From Vermamoeba vermiformis (Eukaryota): a stretch of DNA of 44,896 bases. Position 1 is the stretch's first letter, and each line of letters opens with the position of its first letter. The DNA is taken from the NCBI GenBank assembly GCA_045837725.1, contig JBEWZL010000215.1, forward strand, positions 248,001 to 292,896, read 5' to 3'. The notes below the pieces were generated by a model. It was not told the DNA's origin and made no database searches. It worked only from the letters and a program-made list of their open reading frames with translations. Below, piece after piece: positions 22,650 through 35,725 of the stretch. The translations under genes were made by a program, and so were the position numbers.

Positions 22650-23548
22650 TTATTCTGCGGACGAAACTTGATAAAAATAATATGAACCCCAAGGTAGCGC
22701 TATCTCCGCTGTATTATATGACGGTTAACGAAGAACGATCAAAGAGGTGTCTAGATCGAGTTATCACTTACCCAAATCTTTAATAACGAGACCACCTTCT
22801 TCTTCGAGCACATATTGATAGACTTCAGGACCAGCAAAAGTAAACATCAAGAATTGTCCATCCGGCTTCAAAACTCGTTTGATCTGTTTTGCAATGTCTG
22901 TTGCCACTGAAAACGTCTCCATTTCAGTAAGCAATGCATCAAGAGTACCTACAATAATATATATTAACGCCTCAGAAGGAGCTAAACACGTAAACCAATT
23001 CGCCAGTTCACAAACTTGAATCCGGATTTACGTTCTGACATTTCTATTACCTTTGTCAATGATGATATCGAAGGACTTTGCATCAAATGATAATTTGCTC
23101 GCGTCCATGGCAATAACTATTTACAAGGATTGTTAGTGGTCGTTTCCAAGCAGATGTGCTTAGAAACTTGCTTACATTTAATACTACGACTCTCTTTGGC
23201 CTTGTTCATTTTTTCTACGACAACTTCGGAGATGTCGATGCAGGTAATGTCTTGAAATCCATCGTCATAGAGTTTGAAACCCAAATCTAAAAGGCGCAAA
23301 AATAATTAAAAATCAGGCGAGTTTCAAACCGCTTAATATTGCATAAAAAAATTATTACCTGATTCGCCACACCCAATAATTAATATTTTATGATTTTTCT
23401 TCAAGATCGGCTCGAATAAAGTCTTAGCAGCCTCGTAGTTCAGATACCAATCCGAATCTCGCTTAGCTGTATCATCTGCGTATACACCATCCCAAAACTC
23501 TTTCTTTCCGTAGTTACTGTTAGTAATATCCTCGTTTTGCGCCATCAT
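22650..23548 (-). CDS. Class I SAM-dependent methyltransferase, EEF1AKMT4/METTL13-N-like
   Basis: 'YGKKEFWDGVY...DWY', 'ILIIGCGES', 'ITCIDISEVVVEKM', 'SFDIIIDK|GTLDAL', 'RVLKPDG' across about five exons. Confidence 0.85.
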
Positions 23549-23891
23549 TGAATGGAATTACTTAAATGATTCTTTCTGGATTCGCCTTAAACTGAACGGG
23601 GCACTTAAAAAATGGCATTTTACCCACATTATATTCTATCCTTACCACGAACAACTCTTCATTAAGCCACATTTCAAGGCAAGATCCAGCCAAAAGAGAC
23701 ACCAAATCCGAGCTAGGTCTGTGACGTTATTGATTTAACGTCGTATTCTGCTCATATTACACAATCTTGGAGTGCTTATATAAATCCTAGTTCATTGATG
23801 GACAACTATATTGTAGGTAAGCCGGATCAGGCGGTTAAAAAAAATAATTTAAATAAAACAACAGGTCTATAAGATAACAATACGGTTCTTC

Positions 23892-24969
23892 TTAATTATT
23901 GTTATTATTGTTCTTATTAGCGTTGCTCGAGTGCTTAATCAACCAATCCAAAGTCAAATCGATATTCACGTTGTTCTTTGCTGAAATTGAATAACAGTTC
24001 ACTTCTCGTCCAGTAATTGTCTTCAAATCCCTATAATATCGATTAATATACATATTGATAATATTAAAATATTCATAGCAAATTTTTGTAACGAGATCTG
24101 GATCGCGAGTCACACTTACATTACTTCAATTAACTCGTCGACGCCAGCAGCATTAGGCAAGTCATTCTTATTGCCCAATAATAGCAGAGGAATATTAGCC
24201 AGTTGTGGTTTTGTTAGCAGTTCATGTAATTCTCGTTTCGCGTTTGGAAATTCTGCTCGATCAGCCGCATCTACAACAAATCTAGATAAAATCAATTAAA
24301 ACGTTGAATATACTAATATCAATGTGTTAATATGGATTATCAATAAACAATAAATTTCAGATAAATGCCGACGATTAAAGTTCGTGAGAGTTTTCCATGA
24401 TCCAAAATTTCGATAAGGAATCGCGTGGATATATTGACAATAATTATAGTAAAATTAATAATATGGTGCTGGAAGCTGAGCTTTAATTAAATTTCAATTA
24501 AATTCATAACAGATGCGATCGAAAAACAATTTTTCAAATAATAGCTGAATAATTAATAATAATTAATAATTATAAGAGTATAAATATGCACGTACACTAT
24601 ACAATTTACACCACGGCAGTATCGTTCCCACATAGTTCTGAATCTTCGCTGACCACCAATATCCCACAATTTAATAGTCACATTGCCCTTGGTGACTTTT
24701 TTCATATTAAATCCAACAGTAGGAATCATATCGTCAGTAAATTGGCCAGTCTAAATTAGATGGATCGAACGTCAGCAAAAGAATATTTTACGCAATTCAG
24801 AAATTAGTAATAATAATTTTAATATTATAAATAAATTACGTACAGCAATGACATTAACTAATGTAGTTTTTCCACTGGCTTGAAGACCAACTAAGGTCAA
24901 CTCCATTTCTTGCTTCCAAAACAAAGATCGGAGCCAATTCATAAACGAGTCAATAATTCTTTTGAACAT
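23892..24969 (-). CDS. ARL8: ADP-ribosylation factor-like GTPase 8
   Basis: '[25 protein letters not shown]', '[41 protein letters not shown]', 'LGNKNDL', 'CYSISAK...LDWLIKHS' in 4 exons. Confidence 0.96.
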
Positions 24970-25130
24970 TTTGGTACTATTGTATTAATATACACAAATT
25001 ATATAACTGTTCGTCACAAAATTTCCAGCGAGAAAATCATGACTTAATCGATCGAGTTAAGTCACGGTTCAAAAAAAGCTGCTTGTTTATGTACAAATAA
25101 GCTTTATATTGACATAGAATATTACAATTA

Positions 25131-27117
25131 TCACCGAACATCGATCATCTTTCGTTCTCCGAGTAACAGCATTCGTAATCCCAAATTCATCGGGCTTTGC
25201 GCAGATTCGTAGAGCTGCGATAGCCAAACACGAATAAATTCCATATAGAACTTGACTCGCTTAGTGTACCTTATGAACGTTATTCTTCCTTCTTTTTGCA
25301 TCCATTCTAACAGCACTAGGACGTTCGGACTCATAATGACAGGCGTGGTCATAAAACTTTTGATGCTTTTCTTTAATGGCTTGCCAGTGAGTTGAATTGA
25401 ATGGGACCTTCGATGCCTTAGCTTGCCAATATTATTAACTGCTTTGACGTCCAACGACTTTCGAATATATTTCGAAGTTAGTTCGTTGACAACAGCCGGA
25501 TCCAACAAAATCTGCGGCGGACTTTGGCTGACTGGTCTTCGTCTATTATCGCTCGTATTAGGACTTCCAGGTGATGATCCAGAAGTAGGTGTGCCTGGTG
25601 TTGGACTTGCGCCAGGTAAGGGACTGGATCCGTTAGGTGGTGTGTGGTGCTGGTTTGACGACGATGGATCTTCGTCGAGATTAAGATTAATGTTCCAAAT
25701 ATTCGACGTGTTGATCCTATTCAGCGTCTCCAATAATATCCTCGTTTGTTTCTGCGAAGAACGCATGCCCATGTCTCTATAGTCCGCGCACATACAGTAC
25801 GCGAACTTGGCTTGATCCGTCAAACTCATCACGAATTCAAATAATATAGGCTCGTCTGTGGTTAAAGGGACTTGTTCAGTATCAACTGGTGGTATTGTGC
25901 TGTATTTTTGACTTAATTTCTTCAAATAGCTGTTGGTCTTCATCACTTTTTTGAAAAGCACATCCGTTTTGTACCACGACTCGAAGATTTCATCCGCGAA
26001 TAGATCAATCTTGTAGTACGGATGAATATGGTGATTGAAATCCAATATTTTGCCTAAAATAAGACGCGTCAGATCCTATTTCTCCGAGAATTTTTTGATA
26101 CGCAAAAGTTGAATCGATAGCTTTGCTCAGGAACAAAAAATATCGCTTAAAATAGATAATTTTATCGTTCAATAATAAAATGATTCGTATTGACCTTTGC
26201 TAAAGCCAAAATTTGAACGAATTTGGATGTAGCTTGCAAAATGTACTTACCGTTCTTATCCAACAGCACTATTATTCTTCCTTCTTGATACATATAATGC
26301 CTATCGTATTTATCGAAGAAATCGCGTACATCGTGAAACGCTACTTGCAAATGCGCAATATTAATTGCTAAAATTTGTTCTTCGTCTTCAGTGAACGTAA
26401 TTTCCTCAGTAGATCGCTCCAAATAGGAGTATTTCTATATATGAACATTATATTAGTGAAAGACCGAATTGAATCACTCAGATTCGAAAGATTTTGATAC
26501 GTAAAATCTAAATTTGAATTCAAAAGCGTTGTTTATGATAAAATTTATAGTGTACTTACGCTTAATAGGTTATGAGTCGTAAAACTACGAATTAAATTTC
26601 TGACTGAAGCGCTACGCTTGATCTGTTTCAAATTTACGAGGCGCTCGAGTCCTGCAGTCATTGTGGTCCAGTTGTGCCATACAGAACGCAAACTGATAAT
26701 AAAAATACTTAGAAAGTGATACTGTGCGTATTTAGAGCGGTTGCTAGCCTTTTAAATCAATTTTCGAAAAAATATCGTAGAAATTTGGGATGCGGCCACG
26801 AAGATTTTACCTTGAATGTTCGTCATATAGTTTACGCGCCTCTCGTTGTCTTGCCTCATTTTGTTGCTGATCAGTGCCGCTGGATTTTTGCTGCCAAAAG
26901 TGCCATGCCTCGTTCAATGCCGAGCTAGATCCGATCATTAGCCAGTTGTAAAGCGATAATAATATTATTATTATATTATGCAAGCTTACTCTGTCTGTTG
27001 TAACTGTTTTACATTGCCCACTGGTACGCTTGGAGCAGATTTAGGTTTTTGTTCTGTTATTTTCTGTTTAAATTCTGACACCAGGCCCGGAGTCACCTCT
27101 ATCGTTGGCCGTTCCAT
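25131..27117 (-). CDS. Uncharacterised multi-exon protein with a Pro/Ser-rich insert
   Basis: Open exons with GT-AG ends run from 'MERPTIEVTPGLVSEFK' through 26162-26422 to the 304-aa last exon. No recognisable domain. Confidence 0.6.
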
Positions 27118-27387
27118 ATTTATTATAATACTACTACTAAGTCAGCTAATTAATAAATTTAAATTAATTAATCAATTAATTCCCCTGTACAGCAAATCCA
27201 ACGCTTACACTTTATTAATTCAACGTCCGCATAGTTCCTATGCTATCGTGGCAATCTAGTACATTGCCTACGTGGTTATTATTTCAATATCAATTGGAAA
27301 ATCCTTCGGAATTTTTCGGCACCGCTTTTTGGAACGCGTTACGCACTTTATTTTGAATCCAGATCGAGTGAATAGCAGGTAACACAT

Positions 27388-28996
27388 ATGCTAAGAAGTT
27401 GTATTCTTGGTAGCCGCCTGTTTAACAACGTAATTTCTGCATCCAAAAGAGCAGGTCCCACCAAACGTATTTTTGGATCACAGATCGCATCTTCTAGAAG
27501 AAAATACACAACAATACCTAATAAAAGTACGTACAATATTTATATATTATTATTTTATAAGCATCATGCAGAAGATCTTATTTCCGTGCATGATTGCGCA
27601 AATTAATTTAACAAGAGGCATGCATGAAAATATGCAACGTCATATTTATTAACTATATTTATACGCGAAATAATATGTTTTGATATTGCAACTCGAACTA
27701 GCGAGATCTGTCGCGCGAACTTTCAACGGTCAATTAATTTTTTATTTCAATATAATATTTTTGCTAATTTTAGGTTGTATTATTAGTGACAGAGTGGGCA
27801 GTATGGGATTTATTTCCTCCAGAGATCGCTGAGCTTCATAAACGGCCTGAATTGGCTTTGGGATCTGCCGCGACCGAATTTACCTTAGTTATCGCAAATC
27901 AACAGTTGCCGCGGTTTTATAAGAATATTTGGAGCAAAGGTAAGTCAAGAATAATTTTTTTTATCGGATTGGAACATTCAGGCTTGATTTCAATTGGAAG
28001 GTTCTAAATCCGGAACGTTATTGACGTCAAAGATGATTACTTTACTAACATAATATTATACAATAGCTGCTAAAGTGGCTTGTGCTGACGGAGGCGCAAA
28101 CCGTGTCTATGATGCGTCAGATGAGGAACGAGAAAAGTAAGGCTTAAAAAAATCTTCGCATTATTGCTTTGTTAACTAATTCTATAATCATGAACGGCTA
28201 TATACACGAATAATAAGCTAATTTATTGTTGAAGATTCGTCCCGCACTTAATTAAAGGAGATTTCGATTCTGTACGCGAAGAAGTTCTTCAATATTATGG
28301 AGAAAAAGGAGCCAAGATTATTAAAGATAATGATCAAGATACAACGGACTTAACGAAAGTATTGAATGAGATAGAAATTGTTTCCAAGGTAAATTACAAG
28401 TTCGATCTCCGGATGCACATCCACAAAAAAATTCAAATGATACAATATTACAATAGGCTAATGTTATTTAATACTAATGTATTTTAATTTCATAGGACCA
28501 AACGATAGTCATTCTTGGAGCCTTAGGAGGAAATTTATCGCAAGAAATGTCGAACTTGAATGCTATGTTCGAACACGAAGCACGATTAATATTCGTTAGT
28601 GATAATAATATAACGTTCTTATTGAAGCCTGGTCGTCATAAGATCCATTCTTACGAGACTTTGAAATGTGGTTTGATCCCGATCGGCAACAAAGTTGCTA
28701 ACATTACAACGGAAGGACTAAAATGGAATTTACGTAAGTAATGGTCCATATGATAATTATAATACCTTAAGTCGGTTTAAAGTTTCTTAATCAAATTTTT
28801 TGGTCTTGAATCTCTCCCCTAAAACTCGATCCGCCTAGCGTTTCATTTGAAATTTCCTTATTACTAATAATTTGTTATAGATCAAAGCGAATTGAAGTTT
28901 GGAGGCCTAATTAGCAGCAGTAATCGAACTGTAACGAAGTCAGTTAACGTAACCACATCCGATCCCGTTTTGTGGACATTTGATTTCTACGAATAG
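27388..28996 (+). CDS. TPK1: Thiamine pyrophosphokinase
   Basis: 'ACADGGANRVYD', 'IKGDFDSV', 'DQDTTDLTK', 'ILGALGG', 'CGLIPIG..ITTEGLKWNL', 'LKFGGLISSSN'; stop at 28994-28996. First exon 27388-27526 is inferred. Confidence 0.93.
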
Positions 28997-29343
28997 ACGC
29001 TAGTATTAGGAAGAACCTTTTAGCGCGTGTAATTAGTTGTAAATAATTTGGCTAGTCGTTTTGTGACTTCAAGTCTTTTAATATTTTTATTTTCAATTTG
29101 GTGCGGTAACACAACTACGACCTTATTTAAAAATATATAACACTGGTATATATATTCGCGAGTACATAGCAACATACAAATCAAGAGAAATGGTAGGAAA
29201 AGGCACTGGATTTGTTCAGGCCGTTTTTCTTGGTTGAAATTATTATTTTTAATTTTAGGTATCATTTCTATATTAACTTCAAGTTAAATTAGCATTTCAA
29301 ACTAATTTTGGACTTTTTCTAATTTTTTTAATCAATTTTCTAG

Positions 29344-31164
29344 CGGAAGATCAAACAGAACCAGCTTGAACGAGTTATTAAGAACGAATCACGATTTCTT
29401 AGTAATATTAGAAGTCTAAAAATTGCTTGGCAGAAGAATTACGTCGATTATACCAATTTTTTCAACAAAATTACAACGTTAACGCAATTTACCGCGATCA
29501 GCTACGAAAGGTCAAGCAACCCCTATTATACTCAAATAAGCGATATAATCGTCAATAATAAGGACAATTTACGAGAAATATCGCTAACGAACAACATGCG
29601 TTCAAAAAATATGATGACAGATCAAAGCTGCATCCAACTTTGTAACGCTCTGCGGAATAACTCAACGATAACCTCGTTATATCTCGACGATTATTTTGGG
29701 ACTATAGAACAAGTTAATATGTTTATGGAGACTATTAAGACGATGAGTGCACTGACAAAGTTAGAGTTGCTAGGAATTTCCGAAATAAGCGGATCTGCTT
29801 CAGCTAATATAATTTACAATGCGCTTCAAAACCATCCATCAATTACTTCATTAGGAATGCTGTATTGGGGACATACAGATGATGCAAAGGCGTTTCATGA
29901 ACTGTTGAAAAATTCTCCGAAATTGTCCGAGATCAAAATATCTTGCAGGAGACGAGGCGAAATAATTGCGTTAAATCAAATTATACAAGATAATAATAGT
30001 AATATAACGTCTATAGTATTCAAACATTACATCATGGAAGTCAATCTATTGCACGGTCTTGGATCCAATCAAAAAATTACGAAACTGGAATTAACTCATT
30101 TTAGAAGCGCCGAAGAATTGGCAAAATTATTGCAATGGTTACAACAAATGAATTCATTGACGGATTTAACGATAAACAATTTCGGAAGCGATGAACAACT
30201 TGCATTATTTTGCGATTATTTGCAATCTGCAAAAATTCAACGCTTGACGATCAAGTTGTTCAAAGAAACCACTGACATGGAGGTGATCGAGAAATTTATC
30301 GGAGTAATTGAAAATCACAAGACAATTACAACTTTGTCCGTGAACAATTTGGCCGTCGGATGTAACTCCGAAGTGGCATTCAGAAAACTTTTAATGAACA
30401 ACAAAACATTAACGGATCTGACACTAACAAGGGTCGATATAACAGAAGAATTCTTAGCAATGTTAGAGGAAGTGTTGGAATCGAATTCATGTCCAAATTT
30501 GGAAAGTTTAGCAATTAAGGAAAAAACGATTTTTTCAAAAGCCGTAATGCAAAGATTTTGTGCGGCGTTAAGTAAGAACGAAACACTAAGGAAATTTAAA
30601 TGCGGATATGTTGGATACTACAACGCTCAAAGTATATATGCATTAATACTAAACAATAACACGATCGAAGAGATGGATCTGCGTTTTGATTATGCCAATT
30701 TTGATGATGTTGATGGGGTGTTTAGGACTTCATTGGTTGAGGCACTTAAAATGAACAAAAATATTACCAAATTTACGGCAAACTATGATTTGGAAGATTA
30801 TGAGCCGTATTTGGAGAACAACAGAAAATTGCGAAACGAGATCCGACAAGATTTTATCATCTTGATGCATAACCTCACAAACAATACTTCACCGTTACCT
30901 ATGGAACTGTGGCACATTATTTTTTCACAGACAAAGATTCAAGCAGTTGATAAAAAGTTCATCGAAAAAGTTTTAAAACTGCGTAACGATTAACACCGCA
31001 AATGTCCATACAACGATGGATTAAATAATATTGTTAATTTATGACCTAACACAGACAAAGACACGGCAAAAAAATTACTGGCGTCTGGCATGCACTGGGA
31101 CCATTCACTTCATCCTAACGCTAACGACCACCAAGAACAGTTCTTTGAGATGCTCTACGAGTAA
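29344..31164 (+). CDS. RI-like LRR protein with an F-box-like motif near the C-terminus
   Basis: Frame is open from an acceptor at ~29343. Repeated 'ALxxNxxITxLxL' motifs; 'LPMELWHIIFSQ'. Probable last intron 30983-31054 and last exon to TAA 31164. Start may be an ATG|GT at 29190. Confidence 0.75.
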
Positions 31165-31499
31165 CGCTTGTCACTGAGATAGCCGTACAACGCCTTTAAT
31201 ATTACCCCTCATAATAACTGCGCTACTAACCTCGTAGATCCGAGAATTTTTATTAACTTGTATGTATTGCTATTAAAGGTGGCAGTTTTGCTATTAATTG
31301 TACAACGGAGTTTATTGTCATCGAAAGCACTGCTGGTCAATTTCGTATAATTTATTGCAAGTTGCCCATTTGATCGGGCTTTGATCGGATCCACAAAAAA
31401 CTTCATTGTGGCTTAGATGGCAAATAATGCCATAACCGTTCTACCATAGCATTAGCATATTATATAGGAGATGAATCGGTCATGTGAGTTGAGTACGAA

Positions 31500-33216
31500 T
31501 TACACTGAGTGGTTTGACATGTCGGTCAAATAACCGAATATTCGCAGCCAAATCTCCAACGGCAACATCGATCCATTTTTCATTATGTTCGCTAACAATA
31601 CGCCTAATGTGACACGCAGTTGTTTGTTACGTTGCAGCCAAATGTCTACGCGATAATCCATAGAAAAAGGTTCGAAGTACAGCAGTGTTGAGTTTGCCTT
31701 GGAAAATTCATTTGCAACCAAATCCACGGCAATATCTCGGTCTGCAACTGGAATTTCCAAATATAGTAATGTTTTGTTGACTTTGAGGACTTCCAATATT
31801 TTTTTGAACGGACCCAGTTTGACTTTTAAGTTCTCGATGATTGATAATGACTGAATGTGCCTGTTGACTCGTAATAGCTTGCATATTGATTCTAGCGCTA
31901 GATCCGACAAAGTATTATGTCCGAGCGATAATTTTCTTAGTTTAGTGTTTTTTTCCAGTCCGACTGCCAATTGAATTGCTGTATCTTCTTCCAGTGATTT
32001 AGTGATATCTAATTCAGTTAATTTACCGTTCACTGAATTCAATCCTTCAATAAACTTTGTCATGTCGAAACTATCTACTTCGTACAATTGTAGTTTGGTC
32101 AATGTGGGCATAATTGGTCGCAAGTCGTTGTAATCTAGTGTACCAATACCATCGTAATAAGAAGACGTTATTGTCATTGATTTGAAGTTGACACTTGATT
32201 TGACACTTTGACACTTGGCCATGACACTTGCAACTGTTGCTCTCGTACAAGCCAAATCAACGATAGATGTCTGTGCCGCTATAGCTTCAATTAATGTTTC
32301 TGATAATGCTATGCTTGTAATATCTAATGATTTGAGGTTCGTCAGGTGTTTGAGCGATCCGGCCAGCTGATCGGCGGAAGGACCGTAAAAACAATTGTTA
32401 ACGACGAGTTTGGTCAAGTTGTAATAGTGTCCTATATCTTTTATGAAGTTTGAAATTCTGATATCTTGCCAATGGAAGTCTCTAAGCTGAAGTTCAACCA
32501 GATTCGTTTTTGGATTCGCGTTGTTGAGATCTTGTAAATTGTATGGATAATCATCGGCACTTATTTCCAAGTTGGATAATGACGTGTTAGCGGCAATTGC
32601 TACGAACATAGTATTTAGTGCGTATTCAACGTTGTCTAATTCCAATGATTTTAAGTTGGAGCAGATCTTCATTGTTTCGAATAATTTCTGGCAATATTCC
32701 TCTCCAAGGCACGTTTGTTCTACACTTAAATTGATCATGACGCTGCCTTTGAGTATTAGCTTGCACAAAGCTTTGTAAGCTCGTCGCAGATCGACTTGTA
32801 AAAACGAGACTTCTTCAAGTGAGCTTATTTTTAGTAATTTTGAGCAAATAACTGCACCATCATCTATAAATTGCGTTCTTTTGAATATTATTGACTTTAA
32901 TGATGGTTTAATAAGCTTGGTGATTTTCTCGTTAGCGGATTTGCCAAAACTGCAATAGTCGAACTTTATCTTGGTGACTAATTCTAATAATTGCGATTGT
33001 TTGTATAATATCTTAATTATTTGTTGCAAATGAGGTTCGTCCAAGTCGTAAAATTTTATACTGGATACTTTTTGATCTTCAATACACGCGCTGTATTCTT
33101 GCCAGTGCGCTACTTTGCTTCTTGTAATTACTATGGTGCTCTATATAATTTTAATAATTAATATTCTATTATTTTCCCACGATACTGTTCAAAACAAAAA
33201 CAAATCTGCTTACCAT
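31500..33216 (-). CDS. RI-like LRR protein with a C-terminal F-box-like motif
   Basis: ATG|GTAAGC micro-exon at 33216-33214 followed by a long exon. LRRs such as 'GLEKNTKLRKLSLGHNTL'; 'MLPLEIWLRIFGYL' near the stop. Confidence 0.8.
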
Positions 33217-33647
33217 CGTATTCAATGGTCGACTCTTTAATTTATTGAATAATCAATCATTTGCTTCCGTTATATTGACTTCAGCTCCGTGCTCTTCTGT
33301 CGCGTAATTCAGGATACAGAATAAAAACAGAAAAGGTTTCAGCGTAAAAATAAACCCCATAACGGTCACATATAACTTAATGACAACGGTATGTTTCTAA
33401 ATAATTGGAAACTTTTCCAAAATAATTTACGAAATATTTCCGTGGCACGATGAAATCAGCTGTAAAAGGATCTGTGAAAGAAATTGTTCGAAGTCCCAGA
33501 TCAGATTTTCTTGGCGATATTTTAATGCATTTATAATACTAATGAGTGCGATCTTTATGAAGCATTGCTACGTCAAAAAAGTGTTCGTAGGTGGAATTGG
33601 ATCTGCACCACAAGTTCAAAGAGTTTACAAAAGTCTAGCATTTATTT

Positions 33648-35265
33648 TTAATGGGACCTTAGTGCTAATATTTGATAGACTGTATCACCGTCTTTGATTT
33701 CATAATCATTCAACGTCTTTTCGTCGATTAATACGCCTTTAGGTTGATACAACAGACGTTGTTTTTCAGGCGGATAACCTTTTTTGTCTTGCATTAATTG
33801 CTTCATTTTATACACCACGTCACTGCCGCGCAATTCTAATGGCACTATTTCGCCCATCAGACATTTCATGTTGACTTTAATTATCGGATCTGTTTGCGGA
33901 TCCACCTAATAATTAAAATAATTAAGCATCCTACTATAATTTGTCTGGTATTTCATATAAGAGTTAGAATTTAAATTATAGATCTTACGAGAAATAAGAT
34001 TTAAATTGAAAAGATTTTGAACGAACGGATGTCGCCATCAATAATCCAGTATAATGCAAAATTAGTAAAGTAAATACGCCTATACATATATTATTATTAA
34101 GTACTTACGACTGGGGCCTTAGCGTTCATGCCGTAAAATCGGATCGCTTCAGGAATTTGATACTTCGTACAAACTTCGTACCAAAGTGTTCGACGCGGTC
34201 CATTTTCGGATTTTTCAACACGATGCACTCCTACTTGAAGTTTAGAGGGTGCTTTATCGTTATAATGCGTCATTGATCGTGCTTCAGATCCGCACCATAA
34301 AACGCATTTCTAGAAAAAATATAAATTTAGGCTTGATGACGGAGTATTAGGCTATAGTAATATGCTTACGTCGATAGGAATAGGTATCCATTGTTTAGTA
34401 GGCAGATCGAGCATACTCAAGCCCGGATTCGTTGAGCCTAAGCTGATCGAAAAAAGACCTGGATCTCCGTGCGAACCAACGAGGGTTCTTTTATCGAGTA
34501 AATCATTATCGTCGTTATTATAGTACTCTACTATATCCAGCATGCCATATCCAGAATATTTAGCCGCAACTTTCAGAGTTAAATTGTTATTGTTCGGATC
34601 TGACGTTAATTTGTAGCCAAAGAACGGAACGCTGATGTTATCGAGGATCTAGTAATGGTTAATACATATTAAATGTTATCTGCACTACTGATGATGAAAA
34701 AAACGTTAAAGACATTTACCTTAAGGCACATCCGATCGAGCGTTAAAGCTAAAGCTGACACGCAGCTTTTTAGCTGTTCAGGAAGATCTAATTCTTGCAC
34801 TAATGGTCCAGTTAATGCACGATATGCCTGTTTACTCTTATGCGCAACGTATCCTGTGGATTTAAAATTTAAAATTCAGATTTGGAAAGATATTTTCTTA
34901 ATTACTCTCTGAGAGTAATTTAATTTGCCAAACAAAAAGTAAGTTAAATACTATACGAGAGGGTAATAAATTAATGCTTACCAAAATTTGTTGTCAATTT
35001 GAATTTAGATTTTTCTTCGTCACGCATCTGAAAGAATTTCTCGGCATCAGCTAATGCCCTATTGCTTATTTTTCGTAAATGTGGAGGGACTTCGACGAAG
35101 CACCACCCTCTAGTGCTCAAAAGCTGCCGCAGATGCAGAATCGTTCCTTCATCTCCGTGAACGATCTTGTCCAAATCAATTCTAGAGTGCACATTACGGT
35201 TAAATCAATATTAATTAGATAGAATTAAATAAAACAGACGTGTTTTCAAGACTGGTGTTCTCCAT
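33648..35265 (-). CDS. 2-oxoglutarate/Fe(II) oxygenase (IPNS/DIOX-like), probably fused to a C-terminal ubiquitin-like domain
   Basis: 'IDLDKI...LSTRGWCFV', HxD in 'GSHGDPGLFS', 'VGVHRV', 'RRTLWY'. A phase-0 intron 34108-33906 leads to 'IKVNMKCLMGEIVPLEL...GYPPEKQRLLY...KTLNDYEIKDGDTVYQILALRSH'. Confidence 0.75.
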
Positions 35266-35725
35266 GCCAAATATTTAGCAGATTAAGTGCCAAATTTACT
35301 TTTCCTCATCAAAGATTGCTGTAAATACATTATTAATTAATATTCTTTTAATGGAAGGTGGTAATTATAATGATTATGCGTATTCAACACGCATAATTTT
35401 TTTTCAACGGTTAATTGATTTTGGCGCCAAAACCCTATCCACTTGCAGCTCGCTGGTTGTCTTAAAATCCCGTACTACAATCCATAAAATATCATCAGTT
35501 GCGGGAATTTAGGATTTGGGCAGCTCTTTTAGAAAGTTTCAAACTTTTCGGCCGGATGTGTGCATCCAAAAACTAACCAATCCTGTGCCGTTGATGCGGA
35601 ATCTTATTTAGATTTAGGTGGTATTTCCGCTGTTTTCCAGATTTGCGGAATGTCCCTGTGAACGGAAAAAGAATAAAAGAAAAAATTGGCGCGCGTTATT
35701 TCAATTCAAATTCAAATCTCTAACA

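Noticed and set aside
24549-24576. AAT/TTAA-rich tandem repeat
   Set aside because: Low-complexity intronic sequence in ARL8, expected at this AT content.
27563-27594. Intronic inverted repeat (atcatgca...tgcatgat) as a snoRNA
   Set aside because: Only an 8-bp stem, with no convincing C/D or H/ACA boxes.
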